DNA of 64,000 nucleotides from Patescibacteria group bacterium (GTDB taxonomy: Bacteria; Patescibacteriota; Patescibacteriia; UBA9570). This document shows, in pieces, positions 49,905 to 58,601 of the stretch (positions within the stretch are counted from its first letter, which is position 1; every line of letters begins with the position of its first letter). The translations under genes were made by a program, and so were the position numbers. The stretch spans positions 68,260 to 132,259 of the forward strand of contig JBAYIY010000003.1 of assembly GCA_041665365.1 (NCBI GenBank), in the 5' to 3' direction. The notes below the pieces were generated by a model. It ran no database searches, was not told where the DNA came from, and saw only the letters and a program-made list of their open reading frames with translations.

Positions 49905-52900
49905 ATGGTTTGGCAACGTCATAACATGAATTTCAGCGTTTTTCCAGTATTTGTTAGTGTTGTTGTTTTTGGATTGTTATCAGCGCACTCCGCGTTAGCA
50001 GCCACCTACACCGTCAGTAAAACTGCGGATACCAATGATGGCACTTGTGATGCAGATTGTTCGTTACGTGAAGCGATTACAACAGCCAATGGTGCTTCCG
50101 GCAATAGCATTGAGTTTAATATCAATGGCGGCACGGATGCTGGCTGTACCGGTGCCGGTGGGGTTTGTACGATTACTCCTGCCAGTGCCTTACCAGATAT
50201 TACCGGCGCCTCAATGACAATCAATGGGTATACTCAAACTGGAGCAGTCGCTAATACTACAGCCAATGGCAGTGTTGTGACTGGTATCAATGGATTAAAT
50301 ACAACTTTACGAATCGTGCTGGATGGTACCTCAGCCGGTGGAGCAGCTAATGGACTAAAAATCAATGGGGTAGCTAATGTAGTAATTAAGGGCTTAGACA
50401 TAATGCGCTTTGGTAGCAATGGTGTGTTGGCTACGGGAGCAGGAGCGACTAACTTGAAAGTGCAGGGTTGTTTTATTGGAACAGATGTTACCGGAACACT
50501 GGATCAGGGAAATTCTGGCAATGGAGTAGCGGCTGTCACTGGCGCTACAGTTATCGTGGGTACCGATGGTGATGGTGTGACTGACGTAGCGGAACGTAAC
50601 TTGATCTCTGGCAATAGTACTTATGGCATTAACATTGCCGGTGGCACAGGTAGTAAAGTTTCAGCGAATATAATTGGCCTAGCTAGTGATGCCAGCACTG
50701 ATCTGGGTAACTTAGGTAACGGTGTTTATGCAACAGTCTCATCAACCATCATCGGCACCAATGGTGATGGCACCAGCGATACGATTGAAGGCAATATTGT
50801 GTCAGGGAATGATCAAAGTGGGATTAACATTAATGGTGGTGGTTCAGATACTATTACTGGTAATATTGTCGGTCTGAATGGTGTTGGCACCACTACTGTC
50901 CGCAATACTTTGAATGGTATCTTGTTGTTTGGCACCGGTTCGAATCGAGTGGGCACCAATGGCGATGGTGTCAGTGATACCTATGAAAGAAATGTTTCAT
51001 CCGGTCATTCTGGTAATTTTTATTATGGCTTAGAGGTGATTAGTCCAAGTAATACTGTGGCGGGAAATTATTTTGGCACGGATATTACCGGTACAGTCCT
51101 GCATGGAAATTTACGTAATGTACTTGTATCCGGCAATAATAATATTATTGGCACAAACGGCGATGGTAATGGAGATACCGTAGAAGGCAATGTCATAGCT
51201 GGTGGTACTGGCGCCGATGGTCTGTATATCAGTACCGTGGCAACTATCACAGTTGCGGGCAATAAGATTGGTACAGATTATTCAGGCACAGCCGCGCTGG
51301 GCAATACCCATGGTATTCGGATTGATGGAACAGATTCAGGCATTGTAATTGGTACCAATGCCGATGGTGTGTCCGATAGTGCCGAGCGCAACATTATTTC
51401 CGGTAATCAGGTGGGTATTTTCATGGAACAAGGGTCTTCCAATACTGTGATTGCCGGTAATTATATTGGTTTGAATACTGCTGGTACGGGCACAGTTGGT
51501 GGCTCATATGGTGGTAATCGCTATGGTATTAGTATTGGTCGAATATGGCCTGGGGCGGGTACATCCAGTGACAATCGTATCGGTACGAATGGCGATGGGG
51601 TGAATGATGCCGCTGAGGCTAATGTTATTTCTGGTAATTATACTTATGGAGTGGTCATGGCCACCGGCAATAGTAATACGATCGCTGGCAACTATATTGG
51701 CACCGGTCCAGATGGAGTGACAGAGTTTGCTAATGGTGAAGCAGGCATTGCGTGGTACGATGGTGCTCCTGACGTTTCCAATAGTTCAAGTAACACTATT
51801 GGTGGTGATACTATAGCTGAAGGCAATGTTATTGCGTCTAACGGTTCTTATGGTATTGAACTAAGCGGGGTATCCAGCGATGGCAATTTAATTAGCCATA
51901 ATAAGATGTTTTCTAATCTACTTGAAGGTATTTTTCTTCCCGGTGATGGCTCAAATAATGATATGAGTGCCCCAGTCATTACTAGTTGGGCACCAAGTGG
52001 ATCAGATTTAACTATTTCCGGAACCGCTCCGGCCAGTGCGGTAGTTGAATTATTTGATGCCTCCACCGATGAAGGAGAAACCTATCTTAATGCCGCCACT
52101 GCGAATGGGTCTGGTAATTGGTCAACTACGATCAGTGCCCCCTATACAGCGGCTAATAATACTTTGGTCGCAACCGCCCGAGATGGCAGCAATGATACAT
52201 CCATGTTTAGTGCTGTGTATACTATCACGGATATAGCGCCGACTACACCAACCGATCTGCAAACCTCCAGTCTGTTTGGGGGTTGTGGATCAGATAGTAC
52301 TCCAGAGTTTTCTTTTACGTTAACAGATAGTGATGTCGTAGATACGGTTGGTTATCACATTCAGATAGATAATGATGCAGATTTTTCATCACCCGTGGTT
52401 GATTACAACTCAGGGTTAGCTGCTCAAGGCACAGCCTCATTTGTAGTTGGCCAAGCCGTTGGCTCTGGTGTATATACCACTGGTTCTGCTGGACAAACGT
52501 TAACAGACGGAAGTTATTCTATGCGGGTGCAAACCATTGATTTTCTTAGTCAAACATCAGCTTATGTCACACAAACATTTGGAGTTGATAATGGTGTCAC
52601 AGTTAGTACACCCGCATCAGCCACCACATCCGAATTAGGTGATACAACTACTTTCACAGTGGTGTTAGCTTGTCTGCCACAAAATGACGTGACTATACCT
52701 GTAGTCAGTTCAGATACCACTGAAGGTAGTGTTTCCACGGCGGCACTCACTTTTACTACTGGAAACTGGAATGTGGCACAAACTATTACAGTGACAGGAG
52801 TAGATGATTCTAGTTCAGATGGTAACATTAATTATTCAATCCAATTAGGTCCAACCACTTCGAGTGATACGGCTTATAGTGGGGTCACCATAGCTGATGT

Positions 52901-55673
52901 GTCACTGACTAATATTGATGAAGATTTACCACCACAGTTTTCTGGTACCATTCCGGATCAAACTTGGGATGAAGATACTACTTTAACTAATGTCTTTAAT
53001 TTGGATGATTATTTTACTGATCCCACCACAGAGGGGCTTAGTTACAGTGTGGCCGGGGCTGACAATATTACAGTGACAATTGGGAGTGATGGACAGGTAA
53101 CGCTTGTTCCTGATGCGGATTGGCATGGTACGGATACAATGAAATTTGTGGCGCAAAATTCTATTGGGCAAACTAAGTCTAATCAGGTAACTCTGACAGT
53201 AGAAAGTATTAATGATGCACCAGAAGCGCCCACCATTTTTTCGCCGTGTTGTCAGGATGTGACAGCTTCATTGTCGCCGACTATTTCCTGGCAAGCAGCC
53301 TCTGATCCGGATCATACTACAAGTGAATTGTCGTATGAGATACGGTTCGGTTCGGATGCTGATCCGCAAAATAATTATCATTTTACAGCTAGTACTTCTG
53401 CCGGTAGTAAATCTGTAAAAATTTCTCCAGATTTAACTGATGAGAAGACCTATTACTATGTGGTACGAACCATTGATCCACTGGATGCTAAGTCAAATTG
53501 GTCTGAGATACAAAGCTTTTCCACCAATGTCAGTTATAGTCCTGACCTACAGTTAGCCAAAACGGTAGAATTACCGGCCGAACAGATTGCTTGGTTTGGC
53601 ATCAACTTTGCTGCCTTATTCTTGATCCAACCAGCTCAGGCCAGTGGGTTTGCGATTATTAGTCCAGACCAAATCGCTGACCAATCGTTCATGGTGTTAA
53701 TCGGATCACTGACGATATTACTCTCCGCCGCGCTGGTTATATTAGGATTGGCTCGTCATCCGAAAAATTTCGTGACAGCCTTACTACACGATGTGCCAGT
53801 GGCATTTAAGCGGATTCATAAATCGGGTCATGGCACTATCACCACTTCGTATACGAGTTTCAGACGTCGGTTAGTAACCGCTCGTAGTATTATCTATCTG
53901 GCAGCGCTTGTGTTTGTTCCTGCCCTCGTCATTAATGGATTACATGCCGAAGTGAGTAACTGGTTACAGCGGGTACAAACGGTCAGTACCACTATACAAC
54001 CAGGTGAAACTATGACTATATCACTCAGTTATAGCAATACAGGTGATGGTGACGCTACCAGTGTGGTGTTGTCTGATACGATCCCTGGCGAAACAACTTT
54101 GCTCAGCAGTTCGATACCGGCCACACAACAGGCCGACCAGATCAGTTTTGACCTGGGCACCATCCCGGTAGGTGGCACAGGCACAGTCAGCTATCAGTTG
54201 GGTGTAGCCGAACCTTATGATCATGATTCAATAGTACTTGATCCGGCAGAATTAATCGCTAACGAAATAACGGCCTCGGTGTTGTCGGATAGTGTGGTAG
54301 TCCCTGTAGTATCCGGCACTATCTCTGGCCAAGTAACTGATGGCGCTGGTGTTGGAATCACCAACGTGTTGATCACATTACAATGGGGCGATCAACAAAC
54401 CTTCTCAACACTCACCGATGCTAATGGGTATTATGTATTGAGTGGCTTAGCGAGTGGGGATTATGTAGTGACGGCCTACACACAACAAAAAACGACTAGC
54501 TTGACCCGTGGTGGTAGTGCCACTGTTAATTTCAGTTTTGTCAGTAGTAGCATCCGTCAAGACAACACGAATACAAACACTGACACCACTACTGACACCA
54601 CTACTGACACCACGACGGATGTCAAAACTCCAAAACCTATCAAGTTAACGCCAGAGCAGCAAGAGTTGGTGGATAATTTTGTGGTCACAGATTTAAATAA
54701 TGAAGTATTACCAGAGAATCAAGCGGTGATATATCTGACCGATGATCCAAGCTCAGTTCCAACGGGTGCATTAGCCTTGCCGACCGCAACCGAAACATTA
54801 ACCTTTCGTGGCACCACTGTACCGAATAGTACCATTACGATCCAAATTTGTTATACCATTTTAACGACTACTAGTGATGAAACCGGCGCCTGGATTATGG
54901 TAGTGCCGCGCGACTTATTACTCCAAGGTGATAATGTGATTACCGCCAGTGTCACACAAGGTAATGTGGAAGTAGACCAAATTGTGGTAGCACACGTCAA
55001 TGTAGATAATGCACCTACGGCTCAGTCGACCAATTATTGGATAAATTTTATTGCCATCGCTTTATTACTACAGTTGAATATAGCCGCCTGGATAGTGTTA
55101 CGCGTTCGGCACAGTAGTACGACGCTGTCTAGCAAATTGATTTTACTTCACCTGGTGACCGTGGTGGTAGTGGTCATCTTTTTGTTTGTGCCGGTGCCGC
55201 AAAGTCGGCAGGTGCAAGCGCGTGGGCATTTACGCCAAACCAATATCATGGCTAGATTGGTGAATAACCAACCATTGACTGATCAGTATATCACTTTTCA
55301 GGACACGCAAGCCTTAGAATTAGTGGGTTCAGCTTCAGCCGACCAACAGTATAGTGTCTCGATTTGTCCCAATCAACCATTCCGTTATGTGACCACCAAT
55401 CATGCTGGTCAGTGGAGTTTGATTCTACCGGTGAGTGTACTGCCCAACTTCGATGTGACAGTAGCGATGCGATCAGCGACCGATACGACTCAAACTGAAG
55501 AGCAGTTAGTGGATCTCAATGTGCAAGAAAAATATGATACGGTGACGCTATGGCGTTGGATAGTATTAGCCTTGATTGCCAGTGGGGCGTTTATTACAGT
55601 GGGGAATTGGTTCATCGTGTATCGGACAGTGCACAAACCAAAAAGTAAAGAAGTAAAGGAGAATATGGCTTAG
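49905..55673 (+). CDS. 1,922-aa CSLREA-domain multi-pass surface adhesin
   Basis: DTNDGTCDADCSLREAI; repeated IGTNGDG..D..E.NVISGN beta-helix units; Calx-beta/cadherin/FN3-like, DUF11-like and carboxypeptidase-regulatory-like domains; about 5 TM segments in the C-terminal third. Confidence 0.85.
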   Translation: MVWQRHNMNFSVFPVFVSVVVFGLLSAHSALAATYTVSKTADTNDGTCDADCSLREAITTANGASGNSIEFNINGGTDAGCTGAGGVCTITPASALPDITGASMTINGYTQTGAVANTTANGSVVTGINGLNTTLRIVLDGTSAGGAANGLKINGVANVVIKGLDIMRFGSNGVLATGAGATNLKVQGCFIGTDVTGTLDQGNSGNGVAAVTGATVIVGTDGDGVTDVAERNLISGNSTYGINIAGGTGSKVSANIIGLASDASTDLGNLGNGVYATVSSTIIGTNGDGTSDTIEGNIVSGNDQSGININGGGSDTITGNIVGLNGVGTTTVRNTLNGILLFGTGSNRVGTNGDGVSDTYERNVSSGHSGNFYYGLEVISPSNTVAGNYFGTDITGTVLHGNLRNVLVSGNNNIIGTNGDGNGDTVEGNVIAGGTGADGLYISTVATITVAGNKIGTDYSGTAALGNTHGIRIDGTDSGIVIGTNADGVSDSAERNIISGNQVGIFMEQGSSNTVIAGNYIGLNTAGTGTVGGSYGGNRYGISIGRIWPGAGTSSDNRIGTNGDGVNDAAEANVISGNYTYGVVMATGNSNTIAGNYIGTGPDGVTEFANGEAGIAWYDGAPDVSNSSSNTIGGDTIAEGNVIASNGSYGIELSGVSSDGNLISHNKMFSNLLEGIFLPGDGSNNDMSAPVITSWAPSGSDLTISGTAPASAVVELFDASTDEGETYLNAATANGSGNWSTTISAPYTAANNTLVATARDGSNDTSMFSAVYTITDIAPTTPTDLQTSSLFGGCGSDSTPEFSFTLTDSDVVDTVGYHIQIDNDADFSSPVVDYNSGLAAQGTASFVVGQAVGSGVYTTGSAGQTLTDGSYSMRVQTIDFLSQTSAYVTQTFGVDNGVTVSTPASATTSELGDTTTFTVVLACLPQNDVTIPVVSSDTTEGSVSTAALTFTTGNWNVAQTITVTGVDDSSSDGNINYSIQLGPTTSSDTAYSGVTIADVSLTNIDEDLPPQFSGTIPDQTWDEDTTLTNVFNLDDYFTDPTTEGLSYSVAGADNITVTIGSDGQVTLVPDADWHGTDTMKFVAQNSIGQTKSNQVTLTVESINDAPEAPTIFSPCCQDVTASLSPTISWQAASDPDHTTSELSYEIRFGSDADPQNNYHFTASTSAGSKSVKISPDLTDEKTYYYVVRTIDPLDAKSNWSEIQSFSTNVSYSPDLQLAKTVELPAEQIAWFGINFAALFLIQPAQASGFAIISPDQIADQSFMVLIGSLTILLSAALVILGLARHPKNFVTALLHDVPVAFKRIHKSGHGTITTSYTSFRRRLVTARSIIYLAALVFVPALVINGLHAEVSNWLQRVQTVSTTIQPGETMTISLSYSNTGDGDATSVVLSDTIPGETTLLSSSIPATQQADQISFDLGTIPVGGTGTVSYQLGVAEPYDHDSIVLDPAELIANEITASVLSDSVVVPVVSGTISGQVTDGAGVGITNVLITLQWGDQQTFSTLTDANGYYVLSGLASGDYVVTAYTQQKTTSLTRGGSATVNFSFVSSSIRQDNTNTNTDTTTDTTTDTTTDVKTPKPIKLTPEQQELVDNFVVTDLNNEVLPENQAVIYLTDDPSSVPTGALALPTATETLTFRGTTVPNSTITIQICYTILTTTSDETGAWIMVVPRDLLLQGDNVITASVTQGNVEVDQIVVAHVNVDNAPTAQSTNYWINFIAIALLLQLNIAAWIVLRVRHSSTTLSSKLILLHLVTVVVVVIFLFVPVPQSRQVQARGHLRQTNIMARLVNNQPLTDQYITFQDTQALELVGSASADQQYSVSICPNQPFRYVTTNHAGQWSLILPVSVLPNFDVTVAMRSATDTTQTEEQLVDLNVQEKYDTVTLWRWIVLALIASGAFITVGNWFIVYRTVHKPKSKEVKENMA
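54579..54614 (+). repeat. 3 x 12-bp tandem repeat (TDTT linker)
   Basis: actgacaccact x2 followed by actgacaccacg. Confidence 0.85.
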
Positions 55674-55788
55674 TAGCCAACGATTCTCCAGTCTGATGTT
55701 CCTTTAATCTTCGATTGAGATCATTCGTTGAACCAACATAAACCCAATTCTTTTTTACTTGGCTTTTAAGAAAATAGACATACCACAT
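55612..55788 (-). pseudogene. Truncated small GIY-YIG nuclease (not in ORF track, 58 aa)
   Basis: Hand translation: MWYVYFLKSQVKKNWVYVGSTNDLNRRLKEHQTGESLATKPYSPLLLYFLVCALSDTR*. It has the YVY...YVG.T.DL.RRL.EH..G...TK signature. Similarity ends after about residue 45, where it runs antisense into the CSLREA gene end. Confidence 0.85.
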
Positions 55789-55812
55789 AACGAATATTAT
55801 TTATTAAGCACT

Positions 55813-55911
55813 TCTGGCCTGCCAGACTGCACTAAGTTTCGTCTGGCCTGCCAGACTGCACTAAGTTTCGTCTGGCCTGCCAGACTGCACTAAGTTTCGT
55901 CTGGCCTGCCA
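55813..55911. repeat. Tandem 29-bp palindromic repeat (3 identical units plus 12 bp)
   Basis: tctggcctgccagactgcactaagtttcg at 55813, 55842 and 55871, partial at 55900. No spacers. Confidence 0.95.
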
Positions 55912-55944
55912 AACGAAGTCCTGAAGTTGCTGAAGGACGTAGTT

Positions 55945-56033
55945 TGGCGGAGAGAGAGGGATTCGAACCCTCGATACCTTGCGGTATACACGCTTTCCAA
56001 GCGTGCGCACTAGACCAACTATGCGATCTCTCC
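55945..56033 (-). tRNA. tRNA-Ser(GGA)
   Basis: GGAGAGA/TCTCTCC acceptor stem followed by GCCA; anticodon arm CACGC-TT-GGA-AA-GCGTG; long variable arm; GGTTCGAATCC T-loop. Confidence 0.97.
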
Positions 56034-56087
56034 TTACCTAAGGTTTTTAGCACTTTATTGGGATTTTGTACACTCTTTAGATTATTA

Positions 56088-56381
56088 TTAGAGTTGTTTT
56101 ATTTTTGGGTAGTTATGAATTTTTTCCAAAGTTGAAATAGTTAAAGCTACGGACGGATTGGTAGTATTTTTTAGAGATAATTTTTTGCCAAATTTTTTGT
56201 ATAACGGAGTAATGAACTCATCGCCCCAAGACGGTGAAAATGAAATGACCTCTGAAAAATCTAAGATCACTGCTTCTGTTTTATTAATTTCAGATAAAAT
56301 TGGCAAAAAAGCGGCATAAGCTTCTTTGCCAGCCTGGCGTGAGGCTAGCACAGTACCAAATTTTTTTAAAAATATATTCAT
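56088..56381 (-). CDS. STAS-like DUF4325-type protein
   Basis: FG.VL.SR..G, VILDFSEV.SFSPSWGDEF. Start probably at the ATG at 56381. Confidence 0.8.
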   Translation of the reverse strand: MNIFLKKFGTVLASRQAGKEAYAAFLPILSEINKTEAVILDFSEVISFSPSWGDEFITPLYKKFGKKLSLKNTTNPSVALTISTLEKIHNYPKIKQL

Positions 56382-56392
56382 AGTTATTTTAA

Positions 56393-57127
56393 TTAAAATT
56401 TTAACAATGATAAACAACCATGTACAGTTGTGGCAGCAGACAAAATTTTAAAATCGGTTTTATCTGGAGAGATCGTCAAGATGGCATCACCAGTCTGAAA
56501 GCTTAAATTGGCTCGAGCCTTTTCAATGGCCGCTTTAACATATTTTAAACCATTGCCGCGATGTTCTGATTTTCTGCTACTCAGCACTTCAGTAAAGGCA
56601 ACATTTAGTGCTTCTGCATCGTTTTTTAAGTCGTGTTTAATACGGCGCAACGTTGTTAAAATACCAACACCACGGTCAGCTAATACTACCATACGTTTAC
56701 CGATATCGTAGGCAAAAAATGTTCCTGTAATATCTGGCCAGTTACCGATGTTGTGATCATATGAATTATTTCCAATTTCACCAGCCGCCGAAGAAATGAG
56801 TGAAGCAATATTTTGCACAGACTTTGTATTAGTTAATTCATAAGCCAAATGTTCGAGCCGAGCTTTAAATATATCACTAGTTGGACAATAAAACTCTTTA
56901 GCCAATGCTGGGGGAGTAATGGCACTAGCCCAATCTTGACCTAAACGAAAAATGCCTTTTGTCTTCTTACCCAAATCAGCCAGCGAATAATACCGATGTC
57001 CACCAGGTGAAATAAATGTTGAGCTAAAAGAACCATTTTTATCCCAGCGGCGCAAGGTTGTTTCAGTAATCCCTAAGTATTCTGCTGCTTGGCTAATAGT
57101 AAGGAATTGTTCAGTAAAATTGTACAT
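56393..57127 (-). CDS. MerR/excisionase-type HTH fused to a GHKL (HATPase-like) domain
   Basis: LTISQAAEYLGI...TLRRWD.......GGHRYY; N-box EIGNNSYDH; G1 DRGVGI; G2 RGNGL. Confidence 0.85.
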   Translation of the reverse strand: MYNFTEQFLTISQAAEYLGITETTLRRWDKNGSFSSTFISPGGHRYYSLADLGKKTKGIFRLGQDWASAITPPALAKEFYCPTSDIFKARLEHLAYELTNTKSVQNIASLISSAAGEIGNNSYDHNIGNWPDITGTFFAYDIGKRMVVLADRGVGILTTLRRIKHDLKNDAEALNVAFTEVLSSRKSEHRGNGLKYVKAAIEKARANLSFQTGDAILTISPDKTDFKILSAATTVHGCLSLLKF

Positions 57128-57137
57128 ATATTCATAT

Positions 57138-57184
57138 ATTATACAAAACTATACATTTTTGTCAAATCTATACAAATCTATACA
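57138..57184 (-). promoter_or_regulatory. Consensus sigma70 promoter overlapped by four TATACA direct repeats (putative operator)
   Basis: Minus-strand TTGACA (57160-57165), 16 bp, TATAAT (57138-57143). TATACA on the + strand at 57140, 57150, 57169 and 57179. Confidence 0.75.
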
Positions 57185-57247
57185 TTATTTAAAGTTGACT
57201 TATTGATCAATAACTGATATTAAGGTACCCCAAATACGGAGAGAGAC

Positions 57248-57940
57248 GTGTTCAATAAGTTCTTTCATGTGTTTTGTCCGGTTTTTTTCGTGATTTTTGG
57301 CCTGGTTGGGTGTGACAAGCACACCACCCCGGGCGGAGGGGGCACCGCTACTGCACTCTGGTACGAGTTTTGTGGAGGGGAGGTCGACGCGGACTGTGAC
57401 GGGTATCTCGAACCCGCCGACTGCGACGATGCTGACTCGGCCGTGAGCCCGTACGCTGTCGAGGTCTGCGACGAGATCGACAACGACTGCAACGGGGAGG
57501 TCGACGAAGACCTTCCAATGTTGGAGTGGTATCCCGACGACGATGGCGACAGCTACGGAGAAGATGGGTCAGAACCCATCCTCGACTGTCGCGAACCACG
57601 CGGGCGGTATACCTGGCGCGACGGCGACTGCGATGATAGTAACATCTCAGTCAATCCGGCCGTGCCCGAGCACTGCAACAGCATCGACGACAACTGCGAC
57701 GGCATCGTCGACATCGATGCCTGGGATACCCATGAGTGGTATCCCGACGTCGATGGTGACGGCTACGGCGACGAACTCGCCGAACCCGTCTCAGCCTGTT
57801 ACCAGCCGCCCGGCTACAGCGACTGGCCGGCCGACTGTGACGACACCAACGCGGAGATCTATCCGCGGGTGGCGGAGGTCTGCAATAACGTCGATGATGA
57901 CTGCGACGGGTGGGTCGACGATGGGTTGACCTGCGAGTAG
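57248..57940 (+). CDS. GC-rich lipoprotein with three Cys/Asp putative metal-binding (MopE-like) repeats
   Basis: Lipobox LVGC; 3 x DCDD....(S/N/Y)P...E.C...D..C.G.VD with WYPD.DGD.YG linkers; GGAGAG upstream of the GTG start. Confidence 0.85.
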   Translation: MFNKFFHVFCPVFFVIFGLVGCDKHTTPGGGGTATALWYEFCGGEVDADCDGYLEPADCDDADSAVSPYAVEVCDEIDNDCNGEVDEDLPMLEWYPDDDGDSYGEDGSEPILDCREPRGRYTWRDGDCDDSNISVNPAVPEHCNSIDDNCDGIVDIDAWDTHEWYPDVDGDGYGDELAEPVSACYQPPGYSDWPADCDDTNAEIYPRVAEVCNNVDDDCDGWVDDGLTCE

Positions 57941-57989
57941 TCGCAATAAGTTAGGGGGAACAAGCTCGAGGTTGATGGTCACACTGATC

Positions 57990-58601
57990 TCATCTCGGGC
58001 TTTTTCTGTTTTTTCCAGCCAAACGCCAATGGTTAACCACTAGGATGGTTGCCATAATGGCCGAGCCAACGGTGTTATACGTGATATCTAATAAAGTATT
58101 AGTGTAATCACCCACTTGTTTTCCGATATTAAAAATCAACACCGCAATAAACTCAATTAATTCATTCACAGCACCTAAACCCATGCCAACTAGTACTAAC
58201 AATAAAATAAAATAACCGCGTCTCCGTTCAAAGGTGATATTAAGCACGGGAAAAAGCAAGGCATGAGCCAGCATCACCATAATGGCACTACCTACCATAT
58301 GAACAAAATTATCATACCGAAACAAACCTGGTATTAAATAGAAATCATATAATCTAATATCACCTAAATAAGCATTGCTGCCGAGCAAATGCAGTAACCC
58401 AAGCAGAGATAATGAGGTGAGTAGAATCGGGTAAAAATGCAGTCGGCGATTAATATAAACAATCAATCCAATCGACAAAACAATTAGTGCCGTATCATAA
58501 ATAAATTCAACATTGCCTTTGAGCAGAGAGTGCAACGAAAAGATCGAGACATAAACGAAGGTGAAATAGACAATGAATTTTTCAAATTGGTTTTGTGTCA
58601 T
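57990..58601 (-). CDS. DUF2238-like integral membrane protein
   Basis: LH..G, YDNFVH, G.G.VNE.IEF, Y.NT..D...N..G. Confidence 0.7.
   Translation of the reverse strand: MTQNQFEKFIVYFTFVYVSIFSLHSLLKGNVEFIYDTALIVLSIGLIVYINRRLHFYPILLTSLSLLGLLHLLGSNAYLGDIRLYDFYLIPGLFRYDNFVHMVGSAIMVMLAHALLFPVLNITFERRRGYFILLLVLVGMGLGAVNELIEFIAVLIFNIGKQVGDYTNTLLDITYNTVGSAIMATILVVNHWRLAGKNRKSPR

Noticed and set aside
55813-55911. 29-bp palindromic repeats as a CRISPR array
   Set aside because: The units are directly adjacent with no unique spacers, and there are no cas genes in the window.
55832-56135. ORFs 55832..56053 (-) and 55944..56135 (+)
   Set aside because: They are translations across the tRNA-Ser gene and the tandem repeat.
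55945-57940. Integrative genomic island at tRNA-Ser
   Set aside because: No integrase was found, and no duplicated tRNA 3' end (att site) was noticed by eye. The accessory genes lie on the tRNA's 5' side.
57265-57982. Alternative-frame ORFs over the GC-rich lipoprotein
   Set aside because: Stop-codon scarcity is expected in high-GC repeat DNA. Only the 57248 frame has a lipobox and coherent repeats.
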